Source: an uncultured Gemmatimonadales bacterium (lineage in GTDB: Bacteria > Gemmatimonadota > Gemmatimonadetes > Gemmatimonadales > GWC2-71-9). Taken from it: a stretch of DNA of 64,000 nucleotides. A model generated the notes under the pieces. The model was given only the letters and a program-made list of their open reading frames with translations. It did no database searches and was not told the DNA's origin. Position numbers and translations under genes: made by a program. The DNA lies in NCBI GenBank assembly GCA_963828735.1, contig CAWHFW010000002.1, positions 768,001 through 832,000 on the forward strand, read 5' to 3'. Shown here one piece after another: positions 29,956 through 40,719 of the stretch; position 1 is the first letter of the stretch, and every line of letters starts with the position of its first letter.

Positions 29956-30918
29956 GTGCGCCGCTGGCTGGTGCGCCGAACGCTGCAGGCGGCGCTCACG
30001 CTGGCGCTCGCCCTCGTGCTCCTCTTCCTGCTGGTCCACGTCCTTCCCGGCGATCCGCTCGCGCGCGAGGGCGATCGGGCGCTGACCCCGCAACAGATCG
30101 AAGCGCTTCGCGCACGGTATGGACTCGACCGCCCGCTCGCCGGGCAGCTCCTCACCTTCCTCGCCGGTCTGGGCCGCGGGGACCTCGGCACCTCGATCGA
30201 GTACGGTCGCCCGGTGACGGGTCTGCTGCTCGAGCGCCTGCCGGCGACCTTGCTGCTGGGCGGGACGGTCCTGCTGCTCAACTTTACGGTCGGACTCTGG
30301 CTCGGGGTGCGGCAGGCAGTGCGTAAGGACAGCCGCGAGGATCGCTGGCTCACCACGGTCTCCCTGGCGGGCTACGCCACGCCCTCCTTCTGGCTCGGAC
30401 TCGTGCTGGCGGGATTCGTGGGGGTACGCTGGCGGTTACTTCCCCCGGCCGGGATGCGGGATCCGCTGGGCGCCGGGGGGCTGCTCGCAACCTCGGTCGA
30501 CGTCCTCCGGCACCTCATCCTGCCGGCGCTCACGCTCTCGATCGTGAGCATCGCCGGGACGATGCGGTTCCAGCGGAGTGCCATGCTCGAGGCCCTTCGG
30601 CTTCCTTATATAATGACGGCTCGGGCCAAGGGCGTGGGGGAGCGTGAGGTCGTGTGGCGGCATGCCTGGCGAAACGCGCTGTTCCCGGTGTTGACCCTGT
30701 TCGGCCTCTGGCTCCCCATCGTAGTCAGTGGCTCGGTGTTCGTCGAAGCGGTGTTCGCGTGGCCTGGATTGGGGTCCCTCGCGGCCAGCGCTGTCGGAAA
30801 CCGGGACTATCCCCTGCTGATGGGCTCAGCGGTGCTGGTGGCGACGATCGTGGTGCTGGGCAGCCTGCTCAGCGACCTCGCCTACGCCGTGCTCGACCCG
30901 CGGGTCCGGGTCTCGTGA
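29956..30918 (+). CDS. Peptide ABC transporter permease (DppB/OppB-like)
   Basis: LPGDP, YGLDRPL, GDLGTS, YIMTARAKG, FVEAVFAWPGLG, RDYPLLMG. Confidence 0.93.
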   Translation: MRRWLVRRTLQAALTLALALVLLFLLVHVLPGDPLAREGDRALTPQQIEALRARYGLDRPLAGQLLTFLAGLGRGDLGTSIEYGRPVTGLLLERLPATLLLGGTVLLLNFTVGLWLGVRQAVRKDSREDRWLTTVSLAGYATPSFWLGLVLAGFVGVRWRLLPPAGMRDPLGAGGLLATSVDVLRHLILPALTLSIVSIAGTMRFQRSAMLEALRLPYIMTARAKGVGEREVVWRHAWRNALFPVLTLFGLWLPIVVSGSVFVEAVFAWPGLGSLAASAVGNRDYPLLMGSAVLVATIVVLGSLLSDLAYAVLDPRVRVS

Positions 30919-31758
30919 GCACCGCCGCCGAGGCGTTGGACGCGGTCTGGCGGATGCCGCGCGGACGGGCCGGCCTCGTCTTCCTGGCGTTTCTCGTGAT
31001 GCTCGCCGCATTCGGTCCCCTGCTCCTCCCCGATCCCGCCCGGCAGTTCGATCTCGAGCGACTCGCCAGCAACCCGCCCACGAGCGAGCATCCGTTCGGC
31101 ACGGACCAGTTGAGCCGCGACGTCCTCTCGCGTGTCGTGAATGGGGCGCGCATCTCGCTCGCGGTCGCGGCGCTGGCCGTCGGCCTGTCGATCAGCCTCG
31201 GCGCCGGGATCGGGCTCGTCGCCGGCTACTGGGGCGGGGTCGCGGACGCGGTGCTCATGCGACTCGTCGACGGCGCCCTGGCCGTGCCTCGGCTGTTCCT
31301 CCTGCTGCTCGTGCTGTCGGTGCCCGAGCGGGTCCCGCTCGCCGCCCTGATCCTGCTGATCGGCACCACCGGCTGGTTCGCGACCAGTCGGATCGTGCGC
31401 GCCGAGGTGCTTCGCCTCAAGGAGGAGACGTTCGTGCGCGCCGCCGAGGCGCTCGGCGCGTCGCGGCGGAGGGTTATCTTCCGGCACCTGCTCGTGAACG
31501 CGGCCGGTCCGCTGCTGGTCACCGCCACCCTCGGCGTGGGTGACGTGATCCTGCTCGAGGCCGGCCTCTCGTTCCTCGGGCTCGGCGTGCAGCCGCCGAC
31601 GCCCTCCGTGGGGCGGCATGATCCTGGACTCGCGCGCCGTGCTCGAGTCCGCACCGTGGGTCGGTATCTTCCCGGGGATCGCCATCACCGTGACCGTTCT
31701 CGCGACCAATCTGGTCGGCGACGCCCTGCGCGACGCCTTCGATCCCCGAGGCGCATGA
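30915..31758 (+). pseudogene. Peptide ABC transporter permease (DppC/OppC-like) with an apparent +1 frameshift at ~31606-31608
   Basis: HPFGTDQLSRDV, EAGLSFLGLG; removing one base restores PSWGGMI...[13 protein letters not shown] with ATGA overlap to the next gene; likely a sequencing error. Confidence 0.85.
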
Positions 31759-32729
31759 CCCGAGTCCTCGACGTCCGCGATCTGCGCGTCTCCTTCCCCG
31801 CTCCCGGCGGCCGCTGGTTCCATCCCGTGGACGGCGTGAGCTTCACGCTCGATCGCGGTGAGACTCTGGCGCTGGTCGGCGAATCCGGGAGCGGCAAGAG
31901 CCTCACCAGCCTGGCGTTGCTCAAGTTGATTCCGCCGCCCGGCCGGGTGGATCCGTCGAGCAGCATCCGCCTCGGCGAGGCCGACGTGCTCGCGCTCCAG
32001 GGCGAGGCGCTCCGGCAGATCCGCGGCAAACGGATCGGAATGATCTTTCAGGACCCCATGACCAGCCTGAATCCGGTCTTCACCGTCGGCGACCAGATCG
32101 CCGAAGGCGTGCGCGCACACCTCCCGGTGACCAGGGCCGAGGCGCGGGAGCGCGCGCTGGCGCTGCTGCAGGAGGTCGGCATTCCGGACCCGGCGGGCCG
32201 GCTCGATGCGTATCCGCATCAGCTCAGCGGGGGGATGCGGCAGCGGGTGATGATCGCGATCGCGCTGTCCGCCGAGCCCGAGATCCTGGTCGCGGACGAG
32301 CCCACGACGGCGCTGGACGTGACCGTGCAGGCGCAGATCCTCGAGGTCCTCGATCGGCTCCGACGCGCCAGGGGCATGGCCGTGCTGTTGATCACGCACG
32401 ATCTCGGCATCGTCGCGGGCCGCGCGGATCGGGTGGCGGTGATGTACGCCGGACAGATCGTCGAGGAGGCCACCACCGCGGAGCTGTTCGCGCGCCCGTC
32501 GCACCCGTACACGAAGGGCCTGTTCGCCTCGGTGCCCAGGATCACCGGCCCGGTGCAGCGGCTCACGCCGATCGGCGGGACGGTGCCGCCACCGACCGCG
32601 TGGCCGTCTGGCTGCCGGTTCCGGCCGCGCTGCCCGCAGGCGTTCGAGAAGAGCGAGCTACCGCCCGAGATGCTCCCGGTCGGCCCGGGACACCGGATGC
32701 GCTGCTGGCTGGCGGAGGGGAGTGAATGA
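31755..32729 (+). CDS. Peptide ABC transporter ATP-binding protein (DppD/OppD-like)
   Basis: [43 protein letters not shown]. Confidence 0.95.
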   Translation: MTRVLDVRDLRVSFPAPGGRWFHPVDGVSFTLDRGETLALVGESGSGKSLTSLALLKLIPPPGRVDPSSSIRLGEADVLALQGEALRQIRGKRIGMIFQDPMTSLNPVFTVGDQIAEGVRAHLPVTRAEARERALALLQEVGIPDPAGRLDAYPHQLSGGMRQRVMIAIALSAEPEILVADEPTTALDVTVQAQILEVLDRLRRARGMAVLLITHDLGIVAGRADRVAVMYAGQIVEEATTAELFARPSHPYTKGLFASVPRITGPVQRLTPIGGTVPPPTAWPSGCRFRPRCPQAFEKSELPPEMLPVGPGHRMRCWLAEGSE

Positions 32730-33727
32730 CGGCGCTCCTCGAGGTGCAGGATCTCGTCAAGCACTACACGAGCGGCGGCCTCTTCGGACGCGCCGCCGCG
32801 CCCGTGCGGGCGGTGGAGGGCGTCTCGTTCCACGTGGAGCGCGGCGAGACGCTCGCGCTCGTAGGCGAGAGCGGGTGCGGCAAGTCGTCGGTGGGGCGCA
32901 CCATCTTGCGCCTCCAGGAACCGACCAGCGGCCAGGCGACGTTCGAGGGCACGAATGTGTTCACGCTGGACCGTGCCTCGTTGCGGCGGCTTCGCCGCCG
33001 GATGCAGATCATCTTCCAGGATCCGTACAGCAGCCTCAACCCCCGCATGACCGTTGGGGCCGCTGTGGCGGAGGGCATCGAGATCCATGGGCTGGCGCGC
33101 GGCGCCGACGTCGGTCGTCGCGTTGCCGCCCTGCTCGAGGAGGTCGGACTCGATCCCGGATACGCGAGGCGTTATCCCCATGAGTTCAGCGGTGGCCAAC
33201 GCCAGCGCATCGGGATCGCGCGGGCGCTCGCCGTCGAACCGAGCTTCATCGTCTGCGACGAACCCGTCTCCGCGCTCGACGTCTCCGTCCAGGCGCAGGT
33301 GCTCAACCTGCTGGCCGACCTGCAGCGCGAGCGCGGGTTGTCCTACCTCTTCATCGCGCACGACCTCGCCGTCGTGCGGCAGATCGCCCAGCGGGTCGAG
33401 GTGATGTATCTGGGCCGCATCGTGGAGTCGGGGCCGACGGAGGCGCTTCTCTCGTCGCCCCGGCATCCGTACACGGTTGCCCTGCTCTCGGCGGTCCCCG
33501 AGCCCGACCCGACGCGGCGCCGGTCGCGCATCGTGCTGGGCGGCGACCTGCCGAGTCCGTCGAACCCTCCCCCCGGCTGTCCCTTCCACACCCGCTGCTT
33601 CCACCCGGCACGCAATGAGCGCTGCCGTACCGAGCTGCCCGTCCTCCGGCCCGTCGGAGCCACGATGGCTGCCTGCCACTATGCCGAAACCACCCCCATA
33701 GCCGCACCGGCGGCCGCAGCGGGGTGA
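32726..33727 (+). CDS. Peptide ABC transporter ATP-binding protein (DppF/OppF-like)
   Basis: [43 protein letters not shown]. Confidence 0.95.
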   Translation: MTALLEVQDLVKHYTSGGLFGRAAAPVRAVEGVSFHVERGETLALVGESGCGKSSVGRTILRLQEPTSGQATFEGTNVFTLDRASLRRLRRRMQIIFQDPYSSLNPRMTVGAAVAEGIEIHGLARGADVGRRVAALLEEVGLDPGYARRYPHEFSGGQRQRIGIARALAVEPSFIVCDEPVSALDVSVQAQVLNLLADLQRERGLSYLFIAHDLAVVRQIAQRVEVMYLGRIVESGPTEALLSSPRHPYTVALLSAVPEPDPTRRRSRIVLGGDLPSPSNPPPGCPFHTRCFHPARNERCRTELPVLRPVGATMAACHYAETTPIAAPAAAAG

Positions 33728-33841
33728 GCCCTCTCCCTTCCTCGCAACGGCTCGCATCGATGCGGTGAGTGTCGTCACGGCCCCACCAGCCGTACCGCCG
33801 CAGTATGTCCTCGAAGGATCGACCCTGACTACGAGGACACT

Positions 33842-34063
33842 ATGGCTGACGACAAGGACCTGGCAACCGAGGGCATGAAGGACCGGCTGAAGGGCGCGGC
33901 CAAGCAAGCCGAGGGCCGCGTGCGCGGCACGGTCGGAGGGGCCACCGGGGACACCAGCGAGCAATTGAAGGGCAAGGCGCAGGAGATCAAGGGAAAGGTC
34001 CAGCAGGAAATCGGCAAGGCAAAGCAGCGCGCCGATCCGGAGCCTGGCGTAGACGACGAGTGA
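33842..34063 (+). CDS. CsbD family general stress protein
   Basis: GAGGA RBS; DRLKGAAKQAEGRVRGTVGGATGD..LKGKAQEIKGKVQ. Confidence 0.85.
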   Translation: MADDKDLATEGMKDRLKGAAKQAEGRVRGTVGGATGDTSEQLKGKAQEIKGKVQQEIGKAKQRADPEPGVDDE

Positions 34064-34343
34064 CGCGTCGCCGGCGCGACCTCGCACCTGTCGTGTGGTA
34101 CCAGTCGAGGCTCGCACAGCTGCACACTGATCCATGGGAGGTCGTCGGCCGAGTGGCCGGCGGCCTCTCGACGTTTCCGTCGGTCGATCTCGACAGGGCG
34201 CCGCTCCGAACGGCGATGCCGCACGCTGGGAGGGACGCGGGATCGCACCGAGGGGAATACTGAAAGAAGGTGATCCGCCGGCGCTTGCCTAGCGGCCGCC
34301 GTGGCGCTACAACTGACGGAGCGACATTGACGGAGGCGGACCG

Positions 34344-35426
34344 GTGGACAGCGAACATTGGCAACCTTGGGCCTGGATTGCGATCGCGCTTTTCGGCGGC
34401 GTCGGGGCGGCGCTGCTGGTGCACGCGCTGCTCTACCATCTGTTCGACCGGATCGCCAAGAAAAGCCTGACCGAGGTGGACGACGTGCTCGTCCGTCACA
34501 CGTACTCGCCCACGCGCCTCCTCCTACCGATGCTCGCCTGCGTCGCCGTCTTCGACAGCTTCCTGAGCGTCTCCGTCTGGATCGTCCTCCTGCGCCGGGC
34601 GGCGGTCGTTGGCGTCATTTACTCTGCGGCTTGGCTCGTGGTCGGCTTGATCGGCGCGTTCGCGACGGTCATCGAGGACCGCTACCAACTCGGCGCTTCC
34701 GACAACCTGCAGGCGCGGCGGATCCGTACCCAGGTCGAGCTGCTGCAGCGCGTGGCCGTCGGCATCGTGGTGGTCATCGCGCTGGCTGCGGCCCTCATGA
34801 GCCTTCCCAGTGTCCGCCAGGTGGGATACAGCCTGTTCGCGTCCGCGGGGGTCGCCGGCCTGGCGCTTGGCATGGCGGCCCGGCCGACTCTCGGAAACAT
34901 GATCGCCGGCGTCCAGATCGCCCTCTCACAGCCCATCCGGCTTGACGACATGGTGGCCGTCGACAACGAATTCGGGCGGGTCGAGGAAATCAACGCAACC
35001 TACGTCGTGCTCAAGCTGGGGGACGAGCGGCGGATGGTGGTCCCACTCACCCGGTTCATCGAGCAGCCGTTCATCAACTGGACCCGGACCGGCACCTCGA
35101 CCCTTGGCTCGGTGCTGGTCTATGTCGACTACGACACCGACGTCGAATTGGTGCGCGCTGAGCTGAGCCGGATCGTCGAGGGCACTGAGCTCTGGGACCG
35201 ACGCGTCGCGATCGTTCAGGTCACCGATGCCAGCGAGCGCGCGATGCAGCTCCGCGCCCAGGTGAGCTCCGCGAACCCAGGCGAGGCATTCGACCTACGC
35301 TGCCTCGTACGGGAGCAGCTCATTGCGTTTCTGCAGCGCCAGCCAAGTGGACTCCCGCGCGTCCGCGTGGCAATTCAGCCCGAGGTTCTGCCGACGGCCA
35401 GTGACGGAGTGTCCGTCGGCGGTTGA
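34344..35426 (+). CDS. MscS family small-conductance mechanosensitive channel
   Basis: TM helices; LFASAGVAGLALGMAA, NMIAGVQIA, GRVEEI, PFINWTR. Confidence 0.9.
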   Translation: MDSEHWQPWAWIAIALFGGVGAALLVHALLYHLFDRIAKKSLTEVDDVLVRHTYSPTRLLLPMLACVAVFDSFLSVSVWIVLLRRAAVVGVIYSAAWLVVGLIGAFATVIEDRYQLGASDNLQARRIRTQVELLQRVAVGIVVVIALAAALMSLPSVRQVGYSLFASAGVAGLALGMAARPTLGNMIAGVQIALSQPIRLDDMVAVDNEFGRVEEINATYVVLKLGDERRMVVPLTRFIEQPFINWTRTGTSTLGSVLVYVDYDTDVELVRAELSRIVEGTELWDRRVAIVQVTDASERAMQLRAQVSSANPGEAFDLRCLVREQLIAFLQRQPSGLPRVRVAIQPEVLPTASDGVSVGG

Positions 35427-35545
35427 AAATCCTGCCAGCCTAGCCCTCGCTGGCCACGCCGTGGTCGCGGCATAGATGCCACGCGCGAGCACCTGGGCTT
35501 GGCTCGAGACGCCAGTTCGGCACGGTGGTGATCCGATCCGGCGTG

Positions 35546-36661
35546 CTACGGCCGCCCCGTCGGCGCGAACTCCTCCATCGGCACCCAGGCTCCCGGCGTC
35601 CTCGTCCAGAACCCGGTGGCGTAGACGTAGACCTCACCGGACGGTCCGATGTAGAGCCCTGCCCCAGCGGCGAGATTGCAGTAGGTACACCGCAACAATC
35701 GCTCTCCCGTCTTTCGGACGAGGATGCGCTGGCGGTCATCGATCTCGAGGCGGTACCAGTGTACATGGTCGTGGCCCCGTGAGGGCGGTGGGACGGCCGT
35801 GTTATGAGTGCCCACCATGTAGAGGGCGCCGTCGCACTGGGTGAGAACCGCAAGGTTCTGGAAGCCACCGACACCCTGCCCCACGCGAATGCCAAGGCGG
35901 TGGAACGCCAGCCCCGGCGACTCCAGAGAGCCGCTGTCGGAGACGAAGAACTCGAGGATCTTCGAGCTGTGTACCCCGAGGATCATGAGGTAGCGACCGT
36001 CGGCAAGGCGGCCGAGTCCAACGGCGCTGGCCTGGATCGAGGTGGAGGGCGCCGGCACGTCACCGTGATCGAACGCGCCGAGGCGGCGCGGCCGCTTTGG
36101 GGTGCTGACGTCGTAGAAGGCGACCTGGGAATGGCCCTCCCCGTCCATCGGCACGGCGAGGACGGTCCCGACCAGCGACAGTCCGCCCGCGTGCGTGTAC
36201 CCGGAATCGAAGGGAATCCGCGCCACGACCCGATCCGCTTCCGGCGGCGCGCCGTTGCCTCCCCCTTCGGCCGGCACCCAGCTGGTGCCGAGCACACCGC
36301 CTCCCGGCGGCCGCGATCCAAATGACGCGATGAGGACCGCGGTCTGACTGCCGCTCCGGGAGATGAAGAAGTAGGTCGTGTCCCCCGTGCTGAGCCGCTG
36401 GATCCCCTGCCAGTGGCGCCGGTATCCGCCGACCCCTTCGGCGCCGGCGAGATGAAACCCGAGCGCCGTCCCCTGCTGTGGCAGGTGCGCGAGCGCGACC
36501 GGCACGTCAGGAATACAACGTTCCCCGGCCGTGTCCCTCCAAGCCAGCGTCGCGTCGCCGCGCATCACGATCGCGGGCGCACCTGGGGAAACGTGGTAGG
36601 TGGCAGCGCAACCCGGCAGCGCGGTCCAGAGGAACGCGACGCACCAGTGCCACCCATGCAT
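35546..36661 (-). CDS. Hypothetical lipoprotein, beta-rich (start uncertain, 36661 or 36682)
   Basis: Lipobox-like LPG-C; HWQGIQR and HAGG motifs; long ORF. Confidence 0.6.
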   Translation of the reverse strand: MHGWHWCVAFLWTALPGCAATYHVSPGAPAIVMRGDATLAWRDTAGERCIPDVPVALAHLPQQGTALGFHLAGAEGVGGYRRHWQGIQRLSTGDTTYFFISRSGSQTAVLIASFGSRPPGGGVLGTSWVPAEGGGNGAPPEADRVVARIPFDSGYTHAGGLSLVGTVLAVPMDGEGHSQVAFYDVSTPKRPRRLGAFDHGDVPAPSTSIQASAVGLGRLADGRYLMILGVHSSKILEFFVSDSGSLESPGLAFHRLGIRVGQGVGGFQNLAVLTQCDGALYMVGTHNTAVPPPSRGHDHVHWYRLEIDDRQRILVRKTGERLLRCTYCNLAAGAGLYIGPSGEVYVYATGFWTRTPGAWVPMEEFAPTGRP

Positions 36662-37093
36662 CACCCGCCAGTTACGACCCACGAATCCATCCTGGAAGCG
36701 GAGCCCGGTGCCGATCGGGAAGAATCGTGCGCTCGCTGTGGACCGCGCCGCACGGGCGACGTCCCCGACGATCGCCCGAAGCTATCCGAACCGAGCGCGC
36801 CCGAACGATCACAATGACCGGATCGGCCGGTGGCCCGGCCTCTCGCATACATCGTCCTCGCCATCGAGGCTCCCCGCGGCAATGAGCAGATACGCGAGCT
36901 CGATCGGAACGTCAGGGGCGGCCTCCCTCGAATCAAGGGTGCGGCACCAGGCTCGGACCTAGACCTTGGGTCACGTTCAGGGGACGGTCGCTCGCGAGAT
37001 TAGCCGGCTCTACCGAGCGGGGGCCGAATGCGCGAGGTCCCCTTGGGTGTTCCGGACGGAACGAGGGACGAGGTCGAGAGGAAGGCAGAGACT

Positions 37094-37522
37094 ATGACGC
37101 ACGACGATGGGTCGGATCGGTGGGCCGCGGGGTCCTACGAGCTGGTGGGGGTGGGCGGCTCCCTGCTTCCGGCCAGAGCGGCCGTTGTACATCGCCAGAC
37201 CCGGCGGGTGGACCCATGCAGAATGCTCTCGGGCAACCTGCGGCTCAGTCCCGACAAGACGTACGTCGTGGAGTTGACCTCCGAGCACGATGGGGCGCCT
37301 GACATCACGTTCACCCAGGTGATGTCCGACTGCGGAACCTGGCGGTACGTGGCGTCCGGTCTCGATCGGACCAGCGGCTCGATTCTCATGACGGCCGTCA
37401 ACGGCGAACAGACCGCGGCAGCGTTGACCGGCGTCTCACTGGTCCACTACGCACCCGTTTCCATGCGCGCCGTGCAGTGGACCGTCTTCAACTGGGTGTA
37501 CCTGAGGCAGGACCTGGCCTGA
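37094..37522 (+). CDS. Hypothetical protein
   Basis: ATG after a purine-rich stretch; beta-strand-rich sequence (AGSYELVGVGG..LP, GTWRY). Confidence 0.5.
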   Translation: MTHDDGSDRWAAGSYELVGVGGSLLPARAAVVHRQTRRVDPCRMLSGNLRLSPDKTYVVELTSEHDGAPDITFTQVMSDCGTWRYVASGLDRTSGSILMTAVNGEQTAAALTGVSLVHYAPVSMRAVQWTVFNWVYLRQDLA

Positions 37523-37681
37523 TCCGCGGGGTGAGCGACCCGCGCTTTGAACCATTGAGAGGCCCCGATCCTCCCGGAGACCTCCCGCGCGCCTCGTGAA
37601 CGCCCCCTTCACTTCCCTCCGTTTCTTTCCTTACTTCAATCCGCACTTCAATCCGCTCCAACCCCCGTTCACGAGCGCCCC

Positions 37682-38479
37682 ATGCCCGTCGTCCAAGCGT
37701 TCACCCAAGTGGACGCGTTCACCGACCGACCCTTCGCCGGCAACCCGGCGGCGGTCTGCGTACTGCCCACGGCCCGTGACGCGACGTGGATGCAGCTGGT
37801 GGCGCGCGAGATGAATCTGGCCGCGACGGCCTTTCTCGTTCGCCGAGACGTCGAGTTCGATCTCCGATGGTTTACGCCGACGGCCGAGGTGGATCTGTGC
37901 GGTCACGCGACGCTGGCGAGCGCGCACGTGTTCTGGGAGGACGGGCATCTTCCCCCCGACGCCACCGTGCGTTTCCACACGCACAGCGGGCTCCTGACCG
38001 CTGAGCGACGGGAGGGACTCATCTGGCTCGACTTTCCCGCCACGCCTCCGGCCGCGGTGGCCGCGCCGGACGCGCTTCGCGACGCACTCGGCATTCCCCT
38101 CGGCTTCGTCGGCCGCACGCGCTTCGATTACCTGGTGGAGGTGGACGGGGAGGCCGCCGTGCGCGACCTGGTGCCGGACCTCTCGCGGCTGGCGAGGCTT
38201 CCGGTGCGGGGCGTGATCGTCACGGCCCGCTCCTCGACGGCCGACCACGATTTCGTGAGCCGGTTCTTCGCTCCCGCCGTCGGCATCCCGGAGGACCCCG
38301 CCACCGGCTCGGCGCATTGCGCGCTGGCACCCTACTGGGCCGCAAAGCTGGGCCGGTCCGAGCTCCGCGGCTATCAGGCGTCCGCGCGCAGCGGACGGAT
38401 CCGCGTCCGGCACGCGGGCGACCGGGTCCTGCTCGGCGGACAGGCGGTGACCGTCATGAGGGGGGAGCTGATGGCATGA
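37682..38479 (+). CDS. PhzF family epimerase/isomerase
   Basis: QVDAFTDRPFAGNPAAV, RWFTPTAEVDLCGHATLA, EDPATGSAH. Confidence 0.93.
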   Translation: MPVVQAFTQVDAFTDRPFAGNPAAVCVLPTARDATWMQLVAREMNLAATAFLVRRDVEFDLRWFTPTAEVDLCGHATLASAHVFWEDGHLPPDATVRFHTHSGLLTAERREGLIWLDFPATPPAAVAAPDALRDALGIPLGFVGRTRFDYLVEVDGEAAVRDLVPDLSRLARLPVRGVIVTARSSTADHDFVSRFFAPAVGIPEDPATGSAHCALAPYWAAKLGRSELRGYQASARSGRIRVRHAGDRVLLGGQAVTVMRGELMA

Positions 38480-38805
38480 ACCCGATCGAGGCCTTCGAGA
38501 CGCTGGACCTCAGGGTGGGACGCGTGCTGCGGGCGGAGCCAAACGAGCGCGCGCGAAAGCCGTCCTACAAGCTCTGGATCGATTTCGGTCCGCTGGGAGA
38601 GAAGACCTCGAGCGCGCAGCTCCGAGCGATCTATGCCGCCGAGGAGCTCGTCGGACGCCTGGTGATCGGTGCCGTGAACCTGGGCACACGGAACATCGCC
38701 GGATTCACCTCGGAGGTGCTCGTGCTGGGCCTGCCCGACGAAGGCGGGAACGTCGTCCTGCTGGCGGTCGAGCGTGAGGTGCCGCTCGGCGGGCAAGTTT
38801 ATTAG
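38476..38805 (+). CDS. csaA: CsaA/Trbp111-like tRNA-binding chaperone
   Basis: LDLRVGRV, ARKPSYKLWIDFG, SSAQL, SEVLVLG; ATGA overlap with the phzF-like gene. Confidence 0.9.
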   Translation: MNPIEAFETLDLRVGRVLRAEPNERARKPSYKLWIDFGPLGEKTSSAQLRAIYAAEELVGRLVIGAVNLGTRNIAGFTSEVLVLGLPDEGGNVVLLAVEREVPLGGQVY

Positions 38806-38818
38806 TGCGGGGAGACCG

Positions 38819-39226
38819 TCAGGGCTGCTCGTCCGGGACCGGCCGCACCACCAGACCGGTGACGGCGCCATCCCGATCGAGACTCCACTCGATGAGCATG
38901 GGCCGGAGCGACATCTTGAAGGACGCCGTGCGCTGGTAGACGCTGAAGGGCGTTACCCCGTTCACCCGCTCGTCGAGCGCGCGCTTCTCCGGTCCGAGCC
39001 GTGAGACCGCACGGCCCGCGAACGAGGCGAGATCACCCACGCTGCCGAACGTCTGCTGCATCTCCGGCGAGAACCGGTCCCACAACTTCTGGTACTGGCT
39101 GCCGTAGAGCCAGCTGGTGTACAATCGTCCCTGCTCCAGCAGGGTGGGGGGCTGCTTGTCACCCCGCGGGGCGCAGGCCGAGAGGGCCGCGATACCGACG
39201 AGTCCCCATACACGCGCACGCATCAC
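38819..39226 (-). CDS. Hypothetical lipoprotein
   Basis: Lipobox ALSA-C after a hydrophobic stretch. Confidence 0.7.
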   Translation of the reverse strand: MMRARVWGLVGIAALSACAPRGDKQPPTLLEQGRLYTSWLYGSQYQKLWDRFSPEMQQTFGSVGDLASFAGRAVSRLGPEKRALDERVNGVTPFSVYQRTASFKMSLRPMLIEWSLDRDGAVTGLVVRPVPDEQP

Positions 39227-39275
39227 TCACTCTCCACGGTCCACTGGACCAGATCCCCTGACCACAGGAGCCGCC

Positions 39276-40101
39276 ATGCGGGTGTACATCTCCGTCGACA
39301 TGGAAGGTGTGGCCGGCGTCGTTCACGAGGACCAGACCGACCCGATCGATCCCCGCCATGCGGGAGAGTATAACAGATTTCGCCGCCTCATGACGGCCGA
39401 AGCCAATGCGGCCATCGAGGGCGCGCTCGCCGCCGGGGCCGAGCGCGTGCTGGTGAACGACAGCCACTGGCTCATGCGGAACCTGCTCGCCGAGGAGCTG
39501 CACCCGGCGGCCGAGCTTCTGAGCGGCGGGCCCAAGGCGCAGTCGATGGTGGAAGGTGTCGAGCTCGGCTTCGACGCGGCTCTGTTCGTGGGATACCACG
39601 CCATGGGCGGCACCGGCCACGCGATCATCGATCACACCTACACGAGCCTGGTGCACGAAGCCAGGCTGAACGGGCGCGCCGTGGGCGAGCTCGCCATCAA
39701 CGCCGCTCTGGCGGGCACCTACGATGTGCCGGTCGCGCTCGTGAGTGGTGACCAGGCGCTTGCGGCCGAGGCGCGCGAGCTGCTCGGTCCCTCCGTCGAG
39801 ACCGTGGTGGTGAAGCATGCGGTCGGTCGCTTCGCCGCCCGCAGCGTCGCGCCTGCCGAGGCCTGCCGCCGCATTCGCGAAGGAGCGAGCACGGCTCTGC
39901 GCCGCTCGCATGCGCCGTTCCGGCTGGCGGCGCCCATCCGCCTCGAGGTGGACTTCGCCGAGACCCAAATGGCCGACATGGCGGAGTTGGCCCCGGGGTC
40001 GGTTCGCGTCGGCCGGGCGTACGGTGACGTTCACGCACGATGACTACCGTGAGGTCTTTCGCGCCTGGAGGGCACTGTACAACCTGGCCGGCGTGAAGTA
40101 A
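39276..40101 (+). pseudogene. M55 family D-aminopeptidase (DppA-like) with an apparent +1 frameshift at ~40013
   Basis: AGGAG RBS; YISVDMEG, VNDSH, FVGYHA, DHTY, GELAIN; removing one base restores VGGRTVTFTHDDYREVFRAWRALYNLAGVK*. Confidence 0.85.
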
Positions 40102-40138
40102 GGCGGTTCCCGCCCTTCACCGGCCTGACCCCGCTGCT

Positions 40139-40164
40139 GGAACCAATCCCGCTCCCACGGCATT
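40139..40164 (+). promoter_or_regulatory. ECF-sigma-like promoter, copy 1
   Basis: GGAACC-AATCCCGCTCCCACGG-CATT, 49 nt before ATG 40214. Confidence 0.75.
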
Positions 40165-40213
40165 AGAGCCCGCGTCACCGGGCACCCATTCTCCACGCCG
40201 AGGAGCGACACCC

Positions 40214-40708
40214 ATGAGACTTTCTCCCTCCATTCTCACCGCCGCGGCGCTCCTGGCCCTGGGCGGTCGAGCCCATGCGCAGACTACCGAGACGAAATCG
40301 ACGCTCACGCTCGAGGGCGCGAAGAGCATCGCGGCCGCCGCATCTGCCGAAGCGAAGAAAGGCAACGAAGGCGCCTCTATCGCCATCGTCGATGACGGCG
40401 GCAACCTGATGTACCTCGAGCGGTTGCAGCCCACCTTTCCGATGGGCGCCACGATCTCCACCGAAAAAGCTCGCACGGCCGCTCTGTTCCAGAAGCCGAC
40501 CAAGATCCTCGAGGACGCCATCGTCGGCGGCCGGACGCCGTTGCTGAACGTCTGGTCCGCGCCGCTCAACGGCGGCGAGCCGATCGTCGTGAACGGACAG
40601 GTCGTCGGCGCCATCGGGGTGAGCGGAGCCTCGAGCGCCGCGCGTGATGCCGTCATCGCCCTGGCCGGCGCAGCCGCGCTCGGTGGCAAGACCAGCGCGT
40701 CCAGGTGA
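40214..40708 (+). CDS. Exported GlcG/HbpS-like haem-binding protein
   Basis: Signal peptide (AHA); SIAIVDDGGNL, KARTAA, GGEPIVVNGQVVGAIGVSG. Confidence 0.9.
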   Translation: MRLSPSILTAAALLALGGRAHAQTTETKSTLTLEGAKSIAAAASAEAKKGNEGASIAIVDDGGNLMYLERLQPTFPMGATISTEKARTAALFQKPTKILEDAIVGGRTPLLNVWSAPLNGGEPIVVNGQVVGAIGVSGASSAARDAVIALAGAAALGGKTSASR

Positions 40709-40719
40709 GGAGCCCTCCG

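Noticed and set aside
30654..32729. Novel permease-ATPase fusion protein (691 aa)
   Set aside because: Explained by a one-base insertion at ~31607 joining two ordinary genes
37682..38479. Phenazine biosynthesis
   Set aside because: Stand-alone PhzF-family gene with no other phz genes
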